Source of the DNA: an uncultured Trueperaceae bacterium | Lineage (GTDB): Bacteria > Deinococcota > Deinococci > Deinococcales > Trueperaceae | DNA length: 64,000 nt | Direction: 5' to 3' | NCBI GenBank assembly: GCA_963799485.1 | Contig: CAWCXJ010000001.1 | Location: 160,001 to 224,000 of the forward strand | Shown: positions 10,605-20,345 of the stretch, piece by piece | Layout of the letters: each line of letters starts with the position of its first letter | Position numbering within the stretch: position 1 is the stretch's first letter | Program-made: the position numbers and the translations under genes | Notes under the pieces: generated by a model | Told to the model about the DNA's origin: nothing | Seen by the model: the letters and a program-made list of their open reading frames with translations, nothing else | The model's database searches: none

Positions 10605-10770
10605 ACCGGAGCGTGAGGAGAGAACGCAGGCAGTAGGGTGCATACCGGGGTCGCCAACCCGGAACCGTGCCCTGCCAATCCTTAAAACGTTCGTGATAGA
10701 CGAGTGCGCGGTGCATCAGCGCCAAGGCCGTCACCTCGAGCCGTAACGGAACTTTCCAGCCTCACCAGAC
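10605..10770 (+). ncRNA. Candidate structured ncRNA, family not recognised
   Basis: Closing stem GTGAGG/CCTCAC enclosing four internal hairpins; downstream of promoter; no credible ORF. Confidence 0.55.
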
Positions 10771-10855
10771 AGCTTTCTCTTGCCCCCATGCGCTACCAAC
10801 GACCAAACAGCCGCCGCAATAAACCCGCGTTCATCTGGGACAGGTACAATAGGCC

Positions 10856-12553
10856 GTGCCTGTTTTCTTCGCTCTGCTCGCCCTGTGCACCGCTTACGGT
10901 GTCGGGTCGCTGCCTCTAGGTGGGCGCTGGGTCGCCTTTGTGAGCGGTCAAAACCCGGCGACCACGAGCGCGCACAACCTGGGCGTTGAAAATCTGCTGC
11001 GGTTTGTCGGCGTACCGGCGGCGCTCGGCTCGTTTTTGCTCGACGCGACCAAGGGGATTTTGGCGCTCGCACTTTTTGCCGGAAACCCGTGGGCGGCGCT
11101 CGGCGTTTACGCCGGACATCTTTACCCGCTCCCCTGGTGGCGAAACGAGCTTCCGCGTGGGCGCGGTAACGGGGTGCTTTTAGGGATTTTGGCGGGGCTT
11201 TGGGTTTACGGCGGGGTTCCCTTTGTCCTGACCCTGGTACCGATTCTGGTCTACGCTGCGCTGCTGGGTTGGCGCAGATACGTCTCTTTAGCGACGACTG
11301 CCGGACTCCTGAGCCTGCCGCTGCTCGCGCCGGGCGCACCTGCCGGATATCTACCTGCTGCGCTCGGGATTGCGCTGCTCGGGGTGTGGCGTCACAAGGT
11401 CAGTCTGGCCCGGATTCTGGACGGCACCGAAGCGCGGCTCGGCGACCCGCCGCCGGTGCGGGGCGTCGACCCGAACGTGGTTTACGCCGCGTTTATGATC
11501 CATCCGCTGACCCTAGACGACCTCTGGCAGTCGCACAGTGCCCGCTGGCTCAGGCCGCTGGCACGGCGCGGCTTGCTTCCAGAACCGCTCGTGCGGCTTT
11601 TGGTCAGGTGGCTGCGTCCGCAGTGGAGCGGCGATATTCGCGGCATTACCCTCTCGGACGGACGCGAGTTGCGGGTCATGTTGATCGGTGGGCCGATGCT
11701 CCCCGATCAGATTCGGCGTTATCCGGACGAGGCCCTGCGGATGGCGACGCAGGGCGCGCGGCTTGCCTACGAACTCGGTGCCGAGGCGTTCGGTTTGGGA
11801 GCGTTTTGGTCTACGGTCGGCAACAAAGGTTTAGACGTTCAAGCTGCCGTTCCTGAGCTGCCTATTACCAACGGCGGCGCGTACACCGCCGGAACGGTGC
11901 GCGCGGCGCTGCCGGGCTTGCTGGCACGCTTTGCGGCTTCGGACAGGTCACCGGGACAAGCAACTGCCGCCGTAGTCGGAGCCAATGGCGTGGTGGCGTT
12001 CGGCATCGCTCGCACGGTCGCGCCTGAGGTTGCGCGGCTTATCTTGATCGGTCGTGACGCCGCGCGGCTTTCCAGAAGTGCCCGCACGCTCCTGCGTAAA
12101 TACCCGCAAACCGATATTCTCGTCTCGACGGATATGGGCTGCGTTGCCGAAGCCGACCTGGTTTTTACGGCGACCTCCGACCCTGAGGCGGTCGTGTTTG
12201 CCGAACACGTCAAACCGGGGGCGTGGATTTTCGACTTGGGTCGTCCCGCCGACGTGGACGAAGGCGTCCGTCAAGTTTCGGGCGTTGTACTGATCCCCGG
12301 TGGCGTGGTCAGGCCACCCGGGGCCGCAGAGAGTTCACTCGACTTGCATTTCGGTGACGGTCTGGTTCCGGCGTGTCTGGCTGAAACGATGATCATGACG
12401 GCGAGCCGCGCGTTTGAACGCAAATCGCTTGGTGAGCGCACGAAAGAGGCGAACATCGCGTTTTACGTTGCGGAAGGTGCGCGGCTCGGGTTTGAAGTCG
12501 TGACCGGCGACCCACAGCAGCCCGCACCGGCTCCTATACTGGAGATTGCGTGA
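10856..12553 (+). CDS. PlsY-like acyltransferase fused to acyl-ACP-reductase-like Rossmann domain
   Basis: N-term YGVGSLPLG, DATKG, GHLYP, RHKVSLARILDGTE; C-term FMIHP, LGAFWS, TNGGAYTA, VVGANG, DLGRP, PACLAE. Confidence 0.85.
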   Translation: MPVFFALLALCTAYGVGSLPLGGRWVAFVSGQNPATTSAHNLGVENLLRFVGVPAALGSFLLDATKGILALALFAGNPWAALGVYAGHLYPLPWWRNELPRGRGNGVLLGILAGLWVYGGVPFVLTLVPILVYAALLGWRRYVSLATTAGLLSLPLLAPGAPAGYLPAALGIALLGVWRHKVSLARILDGTEARLGDPPPVRGVDPNVVYAAFMIHPLTLDDLWQSHSARWLRPLARRGLLPEPLVRLLVRWLRPQWSGDIRGITLSDGRELRVMLIGGPMLPDQIRRYPDEALRMATQGARLAYELGAEAFGLGAFWSTVGNKGLDVQAAVPELPITNGGAYTAGTVRAALPGLLARFAASDRSPGQATAAVVGANGVVAFGIARTVAPEVARLILIGRDAARLSRSARTLLRKYPQTDILVSTDMGCVAEADLVFTATSDPEAVVFAEHVKPGAWIFDLGRPADVDEGVRQVSGVVLIPGGVVRPPGAAESSLDLHFGDGLVPACLAETMIMTASRAFERKSLGERTKEANIAFYVAEGARLGFEVVTGDPQQPAPAPILEIA

Positions 12554-12601
12554 AGTGTCCCAGATGACAGGTTTTAGATCAGCTCTAAATAAAGGGCTCG
12601 A

Positions 12602-13384
12602 GTGACCCCTAAAGGCGCAGCTTTTCGGATGCCGGGGCGCAGCGAAGACCCGGACGTGGCCCGTTTGTGGGACTACGGTTGCACGGGTATTCTGGAAGCG
12701 GACGGCGAACTCGTCGCGTATTTCGGCGCACCTGTGGCACTGCCTTTTGAAGGTAGCTGGGAAGCCGTCGGGGATACCGACTGGGTCGCTGAATACCACC
12801 GGACGCTCCGACCTGTTAGTGTCGGTCGGCTGGTGGTCGCGCCGACGCACCACACGGCGACACTCTCCGCGCCGCAGCGCCCGCTCTGGCTCGATCCGGG
12901 CATGGCGTTTGGTAGCGGGCATCACGAAACGACCCAGCTGGCACTTTCCGCCCTCGAGCAAACTCCCTTACGCGGCCGCCGCGTCCTCGATGTGGGTGCG
13001 GGTTCGGGTGTGCTGGCGATTGCCGCAGATATTCTGGGCGCTGCCGACGCCGAAGGGCTCGATATCGACCCCGACACGGTGCCGGTTGCCGCGGCGAACA
13101 CGGCGCTCAACTTTTCCAGAGCGCACTTTTCGGTTGGGACACTAGCAGACAAGCTGGCACCCGCCGATATCGTCGTCGCCAACCTTTTTGCCGAGTTGCA
13201 CGCGGAGCTGGCCCCGGCCTACCTGAAGGTGCTCAAACCGGGCGGCCTGCTTTTCGTGACCGGGATTTTGGCGGAACGCGAGCGGGTTGCTCGGGACGCG
13301 CTGACGGCGCTTTTCGGCGACCTCGAGACCGAAACCAAAGGGGAATGGGTGCTCTTAAAGGGCCGGAAACCGGAGAACGCGTGA
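12602..13384 (+). CDS. prmA: Ribosomal protein L11 methyltransferase
   Basis: DPGMAFGSGHHETT, VLDVGAGSGVLAI, VANLFAELH. Confidence 0.95.
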   Translation: MTPKGAAFRMPGRSEDPDVARLWDYGCTGILEADGELVAYFGAPVALPFEGSWEAVGDTDWVAEYHRTLRPVSVGRLVVAPTHHTATLSAPQRPLWLDPGMAFGSGHHETTQLALSALEQTPLRGRRVLDVGAGSGVLAIAADILGAADAEGLDIDPDTVPVAAANTALNFSRAHFSVGTLADKLAPADIVVANLFAELHAELAPAYLKVLKPGGLLFVTGILAERERVARDALTALFGDLETETKGEWVLLKGRKPENA

Positions 13385-14088
13385 GGGTTCACCGTGTGTT
13401 TGTGCCTGGCCTCGAGGCCGGGGAAACGGCCCTCACGGGCGGTGAAGCGCAGCATCTCGCGCAGGTCTTGCGGGTTCAGCCGGGAGCGCGGGTGCGGGCC
13501 TTTGATGGGACGGGGCTCGAGGCTGACGGTCTGATAACCGAGGTTGCGGCTTTGCGCGTCACTATAGCGCTGGATACTCCGCAAAAGGGCACCGCCGAGG
13601 CGTCTTTAGACGTTGCCCTGGCCGTCGCGCTGCTAAAAGGCGACAAACTGAGCGAGGTCGTCCGGCGCGGCACCGAACTCGGCGTCAAGCACTTTGCACT
13701 TTTCGTCAGCGAACGCTGCGACGTGCGCGCGCTGTCGCCCAACAAACTAGACCGCTTGCGGCGGGTGGCCCGGGAAGCGTCGAAACAGTCGGGGCGGAGC
13801 GTGGTGCCGGAGGTGGCGGTAGTAGAGAGGCTCGAGGCTCTCGCTCTGGACGGCTTCAGCCTCGTCGCCGCGCCGCACGCAAAGCTGACCTTGGGGCAAA
13901 TCCTCAGTGACGCTGCCCCTGAACGTATCACCGTGATTACCGGCCCCGAAGGTGGCCTGAGCGAAGCTGAAATAACCGGTTTGACCGGGCGGGGGGCCCG
14001 CAGCGTGCGGCTCGGCGCACGTATCTTGCGCGCAGAAACGGCCCCGATTGCCGTCGCTGCCGCGCTGCTTGTTCCGGAGGCGTTATGA
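13381..14088 (+). CDS. rsmE: 16S rRNA m3U1498 methyltransferase
   Basis: HLAQVLR, TELGV, GPEGG, LGARILRAETA; GTG overlaps prmA stop. Confidence 0.95.
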   Translation: MRVHRVFVPGLEAGETALTGGEAQHLAQVLRVQPGARVRAFDGTGLEADGLITEVAALRVTIALDTPQKGTAEASLDVALAVALLKGDKLSEVVRRGTELGVKHFALFVSERCDVRALSPNKLDRLRRVAREASKQSGRSVVPEVAVVERLEALALDGFSLVAAPHAKLTLGQILSDAAPERITVITGPEGGLSEAEITGLTGRGARSVRLGARILRAETAPIAVAAALLVPEAL

Positions 14089-14483
14089 GGCTGGTTTTAC
14101 TCTCGCTGGTTTTCCCCCTGCTTCTGGGTAGCTGCACCTTCACCTATATTCCGCCGCTGCGTGAGGCGCGCGTGCCCGCACCACGGCTTACGATTGTCGA
14201 TAACAAGAGCGGCCTCGAGCAGAACGAAACGTCGCTCAGGCTTACCCTCGAGCTCGCGACCGTCCCCGAAGCCGACTGGCTGGCGGTGCAGTGGTTCGAC
14301 CCCGGCAACGACGAGGTTGCCGCCGAATCGGTGTGGCTCGAGCCTGCGCCCGACTCCCAGGCGGTCACTGTTCCGCTGCCTCCCAGAATTGCGCTCGAGG
14401 ACGGCCTCTGGCGCGTCGTGGTGTCGTATCAGGGAGAGCTGGCGCGGCAGTTTTCGGTGACGGTCAGGGTGCCGCGCGGTTAG
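14085..14483 (+). CDS. Small lipoprotein, Ig-like fold probable
   Basis: Lipobox LLGSC; translationally coupled to rsmE. Confidence 0.75.
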   Translation: MRLVLLSLVFPLLLGSCTFTYIPPLREARVPAPRLTIVDNKSGLEQNETSLRLTLELATVPEADWLAVQWFDPGNDEVAAESVWLEPAPDSQAVTVPLPPRIALEDGLWRVVVSYQGELARQFSVTVRVPRG

Positions 14484-14493
14484 CTGTGCGCGC

Positions 14494-15663
14494 TTAGCTG
14501 TGTCCGGTGAGCAGCGTCACCCCGACGCCGCCGTTTTGGAACTCGAGCCTCTCGGACACGTCCAGCGCAACCCAAGCCGGGTCGGGCGTAAGCAGCGCGA
14601 ACGTCCACCCCGGAGACTGCGAGAGCGCAGCGGACAGCTCAGCGTAAAGCTTGCGGGTGTTTTGCGCGTCCAAACGCTTGCCGTAAGGTGGATTGGCGAT
14701 CAAGAGCGGGTTTTTATAACCGGTTTTAAGGTCGTTATAAGGGAGCGTAAGGGCGTCGGCAGGTGTGAGTTTTACGGCGTCCGCGACGCCTGCGCGTTCG
14801 GCGTTGCTGTTTGCGGCGTCCAGCACTCGGGGGTTTTTGTCGAAACCGAGCAGGGTGACGTTCACGTCACGTGCGGCCCCGGCCTCACGTTTAAGCCGTT
14901 CCCACAAGGTTTTTTGAAACCCCGGCAACGCCTCGAAGGCAAACGCGCGTTCGCTGCCTGGGGGAACGCCGCGCAAAAGGCGGGCGGCCTCGAGTAAAAA
15001 CGTCCCGCTGCCGCACAGCGGATCGACAATCAGGTCGAACGTTTCAAAATCCACCGTTTTCAAGATGGCGGCGGCGAGCGTTTCGCGCAGCGGAGCGTCG
15101 CCTACGTGCGTGCGGTAGCCGCGCCGGTGCAGGTGGTCGCCGCTGGTGTCTAGACTCAGGGTACAGCGGTCTTGAAACAGCCGCACGTAAATGTTCAGCG
15201 CCGCGTCAGCAGCTGAGACCGGGCGAAGGCCCAGCGGTAAGACGGCCTTTTGCAGCGCGCTGAGGACGGTTTCGGCAACTTTGGGCGGATAATGAAGCCG
15301 CGAACTCCGGCTGCTGACGTTAAACTGCACCGTCTCCGCAAATCCCAAAAAACGTTCCCACGGAACCTTTGCAGCCTTGTTGTAGAGCATCGGGTACGAC
15401 TGCGCCAAAAACTCGGCGACGCGCCACAAGACCCGGTGAGCCGTGGCGAGCTGCAAGTTGGCGTGATAGATTGTTGTGTAAGGCCCGCGAAACTCGACCC
15501 CGCCGCGCACGGCTTTTACGGCGCTTACAGCGGGTAGTGCCTGAACCTCCTCCAGCAGCACCCCTTCGAAACCGGGCGCACCGACCGCCAGAAAGTCGTG
15601 GGTTTCTTTGAGAACGTAGCGTTTGAGGCGGCGCTCGAGGGCTCTCTGGGTCAGGGATTCCAC
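14494..15663 (-). CDS. THUMP-domain SAM-dependent RNA methyltransferase (RlmL-like)
   Basis: LDTSGDHLHRRGYR, APLRETLAA, DPLCGSGT, NPPYG. Confidence 0.9.
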   Translation of the reverse strand: MESLTQRALERRLKRYVLKETHDFLAVGAPGFEGVLLEEVQALPAVSAVKAVRGGVEFRGPYTTIYHANLQLATAHRVLWRVAEFLAQSYPMLYNKAAKVPWERFLGFAETVQFNVSSRSSRLHYPPKVAETVLSALQKAVLPLGLRPVSAADAALNIYVRLFQDRCTLSLDTSGDHLHRRGYRTHVGDAPLRETLAAAILKTVDFETFDLIVDPLCGSGTFLLEAARLLRGVPPGSERAFAFEALPGFQKTLWERLKREAGAARDVNVTLLGFDKNPRVLDAANSNAERAGVADAVKLTPADALTLPYNDLKTGYKNPLLIANPPYGKRLDAQNTRKLYAELSAALSQSPGWTFALLTPDPAWVALDVSERLEFQNGGVGVTLLTGHS

Positions 15664-15809
15664 CCGTCTACTGTACCTGCAACGAGGCTCGCAACGTCAA
15701 GAGGCTGTAAACGAACTTGTGCGTTTAACCGAAACGCTGCAGCTTGCCCATACCCGCCCGGAAAGGTTGAGGCTCGAGCCCGCTGTGAACACGACCAGAG
15801 CGCACAATT

Positions 15810-16625
15810 TTAGCGTCCGCGTGGGTCGCGCAAGTCCCTCAGTCCGTCTCCCAACAAACTCCACCCCAGCACCGTCAACACAATCGCCAACCCCGGTACC
15901 AGCACCGGATACGGGCTCAGCTGCAAAAACCCCTGCGCCTCACGGAGCATGTTGCCCCAGCTCGGCGTCCGGGGCGGCGTCCCGAGCCCCAAAAACGACA
16001 GCGCGGCCTCGGCAAGGACGGCAACGGCTAAACTGAGGCTCGCCTGTACGATAATAGGGGAGAGGGCGTTCGGCAGGATGTGCCGCCGTAAAAGTCGCCC
16101 TTGCGTAGAGCCTAACGCCCGCCCCGCCTCGACGAAATCGCGGTTTTTAAGTTCCATCACCGACGCCCGCAGGAGCCGCGCGAAAACCGGCGCGGTCGCA
16201 AGCCCGATAGCGCTCATCGCCGTAAACGTGCCGGGAGAATAGATGGCGGCGAAAAGGAGCGCCAGCAAAATCGGTGGGAAAGCGTAAAGCACATCGATCA
16301 GGCGCATAAGTACATCGTCGAACACGCCGCCGATAAACCCGGCGAGCGCCCCGACAAGGCAGCCGAGTGTCAGGGCGATACCGACCGCGACGAAACCGAC
16401 GAAGAGGGCACCCCTCGAGCCCACCAGGACTCTACTCAACAAGTCCCGCCCGAGCTGGTCAGTACCCAAAAGGTGCGCCGCAGACGGCCCCGAAAGCTGC
16501 GCCGTAAAGTCCATCGTGTTGGGGTCAACCGGCAGCCAGAAAAAACTCAGCACCGCCGAGACAACAACAAGACCGACCAATACCGCGCCGAGAAGAAGGT
16601 TAAAGGGCAAGCGGCGGCTAGTCAT
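15810..16625 (-). CDS. Peptide/nickel ABC transporter permease (DppC/OppC family)
   Basis: HLLGTDQLGRD, RHILPN, EAALSFLGLG. Confidence 0.92.
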   Translation of the reverse strand: MTSRRLPFNLLLGAVLVGLVVVSAVLSFFWLPVDPNTMDFTAQLSGPSAAHLLGTDQLGRDLLSRVLVGSRGALFVGFVAVGIALTLGCLVGALAGFIGGVFDDVLMRLIDVLYAFPPILLALLFAAIYSPGTFTAMSAIGLATAPVFARLLRASVMELKNRDFVEAGRALGSTQGRLLRRHILPNALSPIIVQASLSLAVAVLAEAALSFLGLGTPPRTPSWGNMLREAQGFLQLSPYPVLVPGLAIVLTVLGWSLLGDGLRDLRDPRGR

Positions 16626-17562
16626 AACGAATGCGCGGGTCGAGCAGGCCGTAAGCCAAATCAACGAGAAAGCTCAAAAACACGATGAGGCTGGCGTAGA
16701 CCAAGACCTCGCCCTGAAGCAGCGGAAAATCCCGCGTGCCGATGGCGGTCAGCGCCAAACGCCCGAGCCCCGGCAGCGAAAAGACCTGTTCGATGACAAT
16801 CGCGCCGACCAGAACTTGTGAAAACGACAGGCCCAACACCGTCAAAATCGTGACGAGCGCGTTTCTCAGGCCGTGCTTGAGGACGACTTTACGCCCCGGC
16901 AAACCTTTGGCATGGGCCGTTCTGACGTAATCCTGAGCGAGGGCCTCCAACATCGCCGCGCGCGTCATCCGGGTAATCACGGCTGCTTGCCCAAGTCCGA
17001 GCGCGAGTGTTGGCAGAATCAGGCTGCGAAGTGTACCGAGCGGATTCTCATTCCACGGTACAAACCCGCCCGACGGGAGCCAGCCGAGCCGGACGCTAAA
17101 AAGCAAGATCAGCAGGAGTCCGAGCCAAAACGACGGCACCGCCGCCCCGAGTTGCGCCGCGCTCACCACCAGCGGGTCGAGCCAGCTGCCGCGCTTTAGC
17201 GCCGCCCAAATCCCGAGCGGTAGGGCAATCGCGCACGCAATCAGCATTCCTGCGAACGCAAGCGGCAGCGAAACCCAAAGACGTTCGGCAATTAGCCCCC
17301 GAACCGGCGTGCGGTAGTTGATGGAGACGCCGAAGTCACCCCGTAAAACGCCGCCGAACCAGCCCAGAAAACGTGTTACGGGGGGCTCGTTCAGACCGAG
17401 TTGTTGCCGGACGGCAGTAAGCGCCTGTGGACTCGGATTGAGCCCTAAAATGGCGGTCGCCGGGTCGCCGGGAATAGCCAGCAGCGCACAAAAGACCAGC
17501 ACCGCCGCTAAAAACACGCTGAGGCAGGCCAGTAAAAAACGGCGGAGGACAAAGGCCAGCAC
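16618..17562 (-). CDS. Peptide/nickel ABC transporter permease (DppB/OppB family)
   Basis: PGDPA, DYVRTAHAKG, KHGLRNAL, RDFPLLQG. Confidence 0.92.
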   Translation of the reverse strand: MLAFVLRRFLLACLSVFLAAVLVFCALLAIPGDPATAILGLNPSPQALTAVRQQLGLNEPPVTRFLGWFGGVLRGDFGVSINYRTPVRGLIAERLWVSLPLAFAGMLIACAIALPLGIWAALKRGSWLDPLVVSAAQLGAAVPSFWLGLLLILLFSVRLGWLPSGGFVPWNENPLGTLRSLILPTLALGLGQAAVITRMTRAAMLEALAQDYVRTAHAKGLPGRKVVLKHGLRNALVTILTVLGLSFSQVLVGAIVIEQVFSLPGLGRLALTAIGTRDFPLLQGEVLVYASLIVFLSFLVDLAYGLLDPRIRYD

Positions 17563-17574
17563 GCGAACTGTGCG

Positions 17575-19053
17575 CTACTGCGCCAGGTACGCTTCGGTCA
17601 GGTCGATAGCGACGATAGGCTGGTCTTGCCAGTAGCCGTAAAGGTTGTTTCGCGCCGCGACCAGATACGGCGGCGAGAAAACCCAGACGTTTACGGCGTC
17701 TTCGGCAATGGTGCGCTCAACCTCTTTGTAGAGCGACATTTGCTCAGTCTCATCACTCGTCTGTTCGACTTGAGCGAGCAAATCCTGAACTTTGGGGCTG
17801 TTGTAATGAAAATAGTAGTCGGGGTTGCCGTAAATGCCGATGTCTCTAGGCTCCGAGTGTCCGATGATGGTCATGTCGTAGTCGCCTGCCGTAAAAATGC
17901 GCTCGAGCCAGGTCGTCCATTCGACGTTGGTCAGGTTGACGTTGATACCGACTTCGGAAAGCTGCTGCGCGATAACCTCACCGGTGCGTTTTTCAATCGG
18001 ATAGGGCGGCAGCTCAAAGTCGAGCGTCAAACCGTCGGCGTAACCCGCTTCGGCAAGTAACGCTTTGGCTTTTTCGGGGTCGTAAGGGTACGGGTTCAGG
18101 TCTTCGTAATAGGGTTCAATCGGGCTCGCGTGCGTGCCGATAACCGTGCCGTACCCGAACATCGCACCCTCGACGATGGTCTTCTTATCGATGGCGTGCG
18201 TGATGGCTTGCCGGACGAGCGGGTTGTCGAGCGGTTTACGGGTGTTGTTCAGCGCCAGCGTGATTTCGGTCGTTGCCGAGCCTTCGGTGACCTTGATGTT
18301 CGGGTCGCCCTGAAGCTGAATGGCATTTTCCGGGCTGAGCGCGACGCCCACCATATCTAGGTCTCCGGCTTGGAGCGCCGCGAGTTGTGCGTTGGTGTCT
18401 TCGATAATCCGGAACGTTACGGCGTCCAGATACGCGGGTGTGCCGTAGTAACCCTCGTATTTCTCGAGCCTCACCTCACTGCCGCGCACCCACTCGGCAA
18501 ACCGGAAGGGGCCGGTGCCGACGGGTTCACTCGCTTGGCTGTCGGTGGTTCCGGCCTGATAGATGACGGAATCCGGGCGGGCTAAGTTGTAGAGGAGGCT
18601 CGAGTTCGGTTTACTCAGCGTCAGCACGACCGTATTGCCCTCGGCCCTGACATCTTCAATCGCTTCGTAATACTCGGGGTGCGTATGCCCGGATTCGGGG
18701 TCGGCGGCGCGTTTCAGAGCAGCCACCACGTCCGCCGGGGTCAGCGGGTCGCCGTTATGGAACGTCACACCTTCTTGCAGCGTAAACGTCCAGGTCAGGC
18801 CGTCGTCCGAAGTTTCCCAAGACGACGCGAGCGCCGGCACGATGTCGCCGTTGCGGTCGATGCGGACAAGTCCCTCAAAAACGTTGTGATACATCACGCG
18901 GGCAATTTCCTGCGAAGTCGAAACCGTCGGGTCCCAGCCGGGGGGTTCAGCGACGATTGAGACGGTGATGCTGCCGCCGGGTTGCGGTTCGGGTTGCGCG
19001 AAGCTCGCACTCCAGCCGAGCAGTAAGAGCGTCACTAAGATAAGCCTTTTCAT
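17575..19053 (-). CDS. ABC transporter substrate-binding protein, family 5
   Basis: Signal peptide, VPALASSWE, FHNG, GTGPF, VRQAI; AAGGAGG RBS. Confidence 0.93.
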   Translation of the reverse strand: MKRLILVTLLLLGWSASFAQPEPQPGGSITVSIVAEPPGWDPTVSTSQEIARVMYHNVFEGLVRIDRNGDIVPALASSWETSDDGLTWTFTLQEGVTFHNGDPLTPADVVAALKRAADPESGHTHPEYYEAIEDVRAEGNTVVLTLSKPNSSLLYNLARPDSVIYQAGTTDSQASEPVGTGPFRFAEWVRGSEVRLEKYEGYYGTPAYLDAVTFRIIEDTNAQLAALQAGDLDMVGVALSPENAIQLQGDPNIKVTEGSATTEITLALNNTRKPLDNPLVRQAITHAIDKKTIVEGAMFGYGTVIGTHASPIEPYYEDLNPYPYDPEKAKALLAEAGYADGLTLDFELPPYPIEKRTGEVIAQQLSEVGINVNLTNVEWTTWLERIFTAGDYDMTIIGHSEPRDIGIYGNPDYYFHYNSPKVQDLLAQVEQTSDETEQMSLYKEVERTIAEDAVNVWVFSPPYLVAARNNLYGYWQDQPIVAIDLTEAYLAQ

Positions 19054-19124
19054 GTCGTCCTCCTTAAAGGTCGCCGTAAAACGTTCGTCTGCTAAAAGTG
19101 TAACGTGTCTGCGCCTAAAGCGGA

Positions 19125-20345
19125 CTATTCGCCGCTGAAAAAGTAGATTGCGGCGGCGGCGTAAAGTCTCGCAGCCTTGACAATACCTTCAACCTCGACG
19201 TATTCATCGCGTTGATGCGGCACCTCACGCGCCCCCGGCCCGACCGTGACAATGGGAATACCGGCCCACGCCGACAAAAAGGTGCCGTCGGTCGCCCCCG
19301 GCACGCCGCCGTAACGCGGTTCGGTTCTCAAAACCTGCGGATAGCTGCGCTCGAGCGCCCGCACGAGCGGGTCGTCCGGCGCGGTCTGCGTCCAGGGTCG
19401 GTCTTCTAACAGCGTCAGTGAAAGTTCGGTTTTGCCTCTAGACGCCTCAGCCAAACCCTCCAGCTCCGCCCAAAGTCCCCCATGGTCTTGCCCCGGTACG
19501 GTGCGGATGTCGAGCGCAGCATAGGCGGTTTCGGGTATCACGTTGAGCTGCGCTTCACCCCGCGCGGGTGCCCGTAAAATGGTCGGCGTCAACCAGGGGA
19601 GCCCCAGATATTCGTGCGTTCCTAAACGTGCCTGTTCAGAAGCTTCCAGCTCTTTCACTCGCGCTAAAAAGTCCAGCAGCGGCGAAATCGGGTTGACCCC
19701 GGCGTAAGGCATCGCGCCATGAGACATCTTGCCGGTGCTTAAAACCTCCACCCGCAAGGCACCTTTTTGACAGAGGCAGAGCTCGAGGTCTTCCGGTTCA
19801 CAGATGATGGCCCCGTTTACGGCGTCGGCCCAGCCCTGCCGGACGAAGTGCTTGACGCCCAGCATCATCCCCTCTTCGTCGGCGACGATACCCAGCCGAA
19901 TCCGCCCCGGCAGGTCGGGGACTGCTTGTTTTACGGCCTCTGCCGCAACGATAGCGGCGGCAACGCCCGCTTTCATATCGCACGCGCCGCGCCCGTAGAT
20001 GCGCCCGTCTACCAGCGCAGCGGCAAAAGGCGGATGTGTCCAGCGTTCAGGGTCGCCCTCGGTCACGACGTCGGTGTGACCCTCGAGCATCAGCGTTTTA
20101 TGCTTTGTCTCATCGAAGCCTGACCCGCTCCAGTCGGCAATAACATTCGGGCGACCGGGTGCAGCTTCTTCTACCGTGACGTGAAAGTCGCTTTCGCGTA
20201 AAGTGTCGGCGACGAAGTGCGCGGCCTCGGTTTCGTTGCTCCCCGGTTCAAACACACTGCGAATTTGTACGAGTTTGCGGGTCAGCGTTACGGCGCGTTC
20301 ACCGTTTACGGCGTCGGCGGCACGGGCGGCAAGCGCCTCTCTCAT
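19125..20345 (-). CDS. M20 family metallopeptidase (ArgE/DapE-like)
   Basis: GHTDVV, GRGACDMK, DEE, CEP, GATDG, HQRDE; ATG overlaps SDR stop. Confidence 0.9.
   Translation of the reverse strand: MREALAARAADAVNGERAVTLTRKLVQIRSVFEPGSNETEAAHFVADTLRESDFHVTVEEAAPGRPNVIADWSGSGFDETKHKTLMLEGHTDVVTEGDPERWTHPPFAAALVDGRIYGRGACDMKAGVAAAIVAAEAVKQAVPDLPGRIRLGIVADEEGMMLGVKHFVRQGWADAVNGAIICEPEDLELCLCQKGALRVEVLSTGKMSHGAMPYAGVNPISPLLDFLARVKELEASEQARLGTHEYLGLPWLTPTILRAPARGEAQLNVIPETAYAALDIRTVPGQDHGGLWAELEGLAEASRGKTELSLTLLEDRPWTQTAPDDPLVRALERSYPQVLRTEPRYGGVPGATDGTFLSAWAGIPIVTVGPGAREVPHQRDEYVEVEGIVKAARLYAAAAIYFFSGE

Noticed and set aside
10605..10770. T-box, SRP or lysine-riboswitch assignment for the structured RNA
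   Set aside because: No UGGNACC T-box, no SRP CAGG/AGCAG loop and no lysine aptamer consensus
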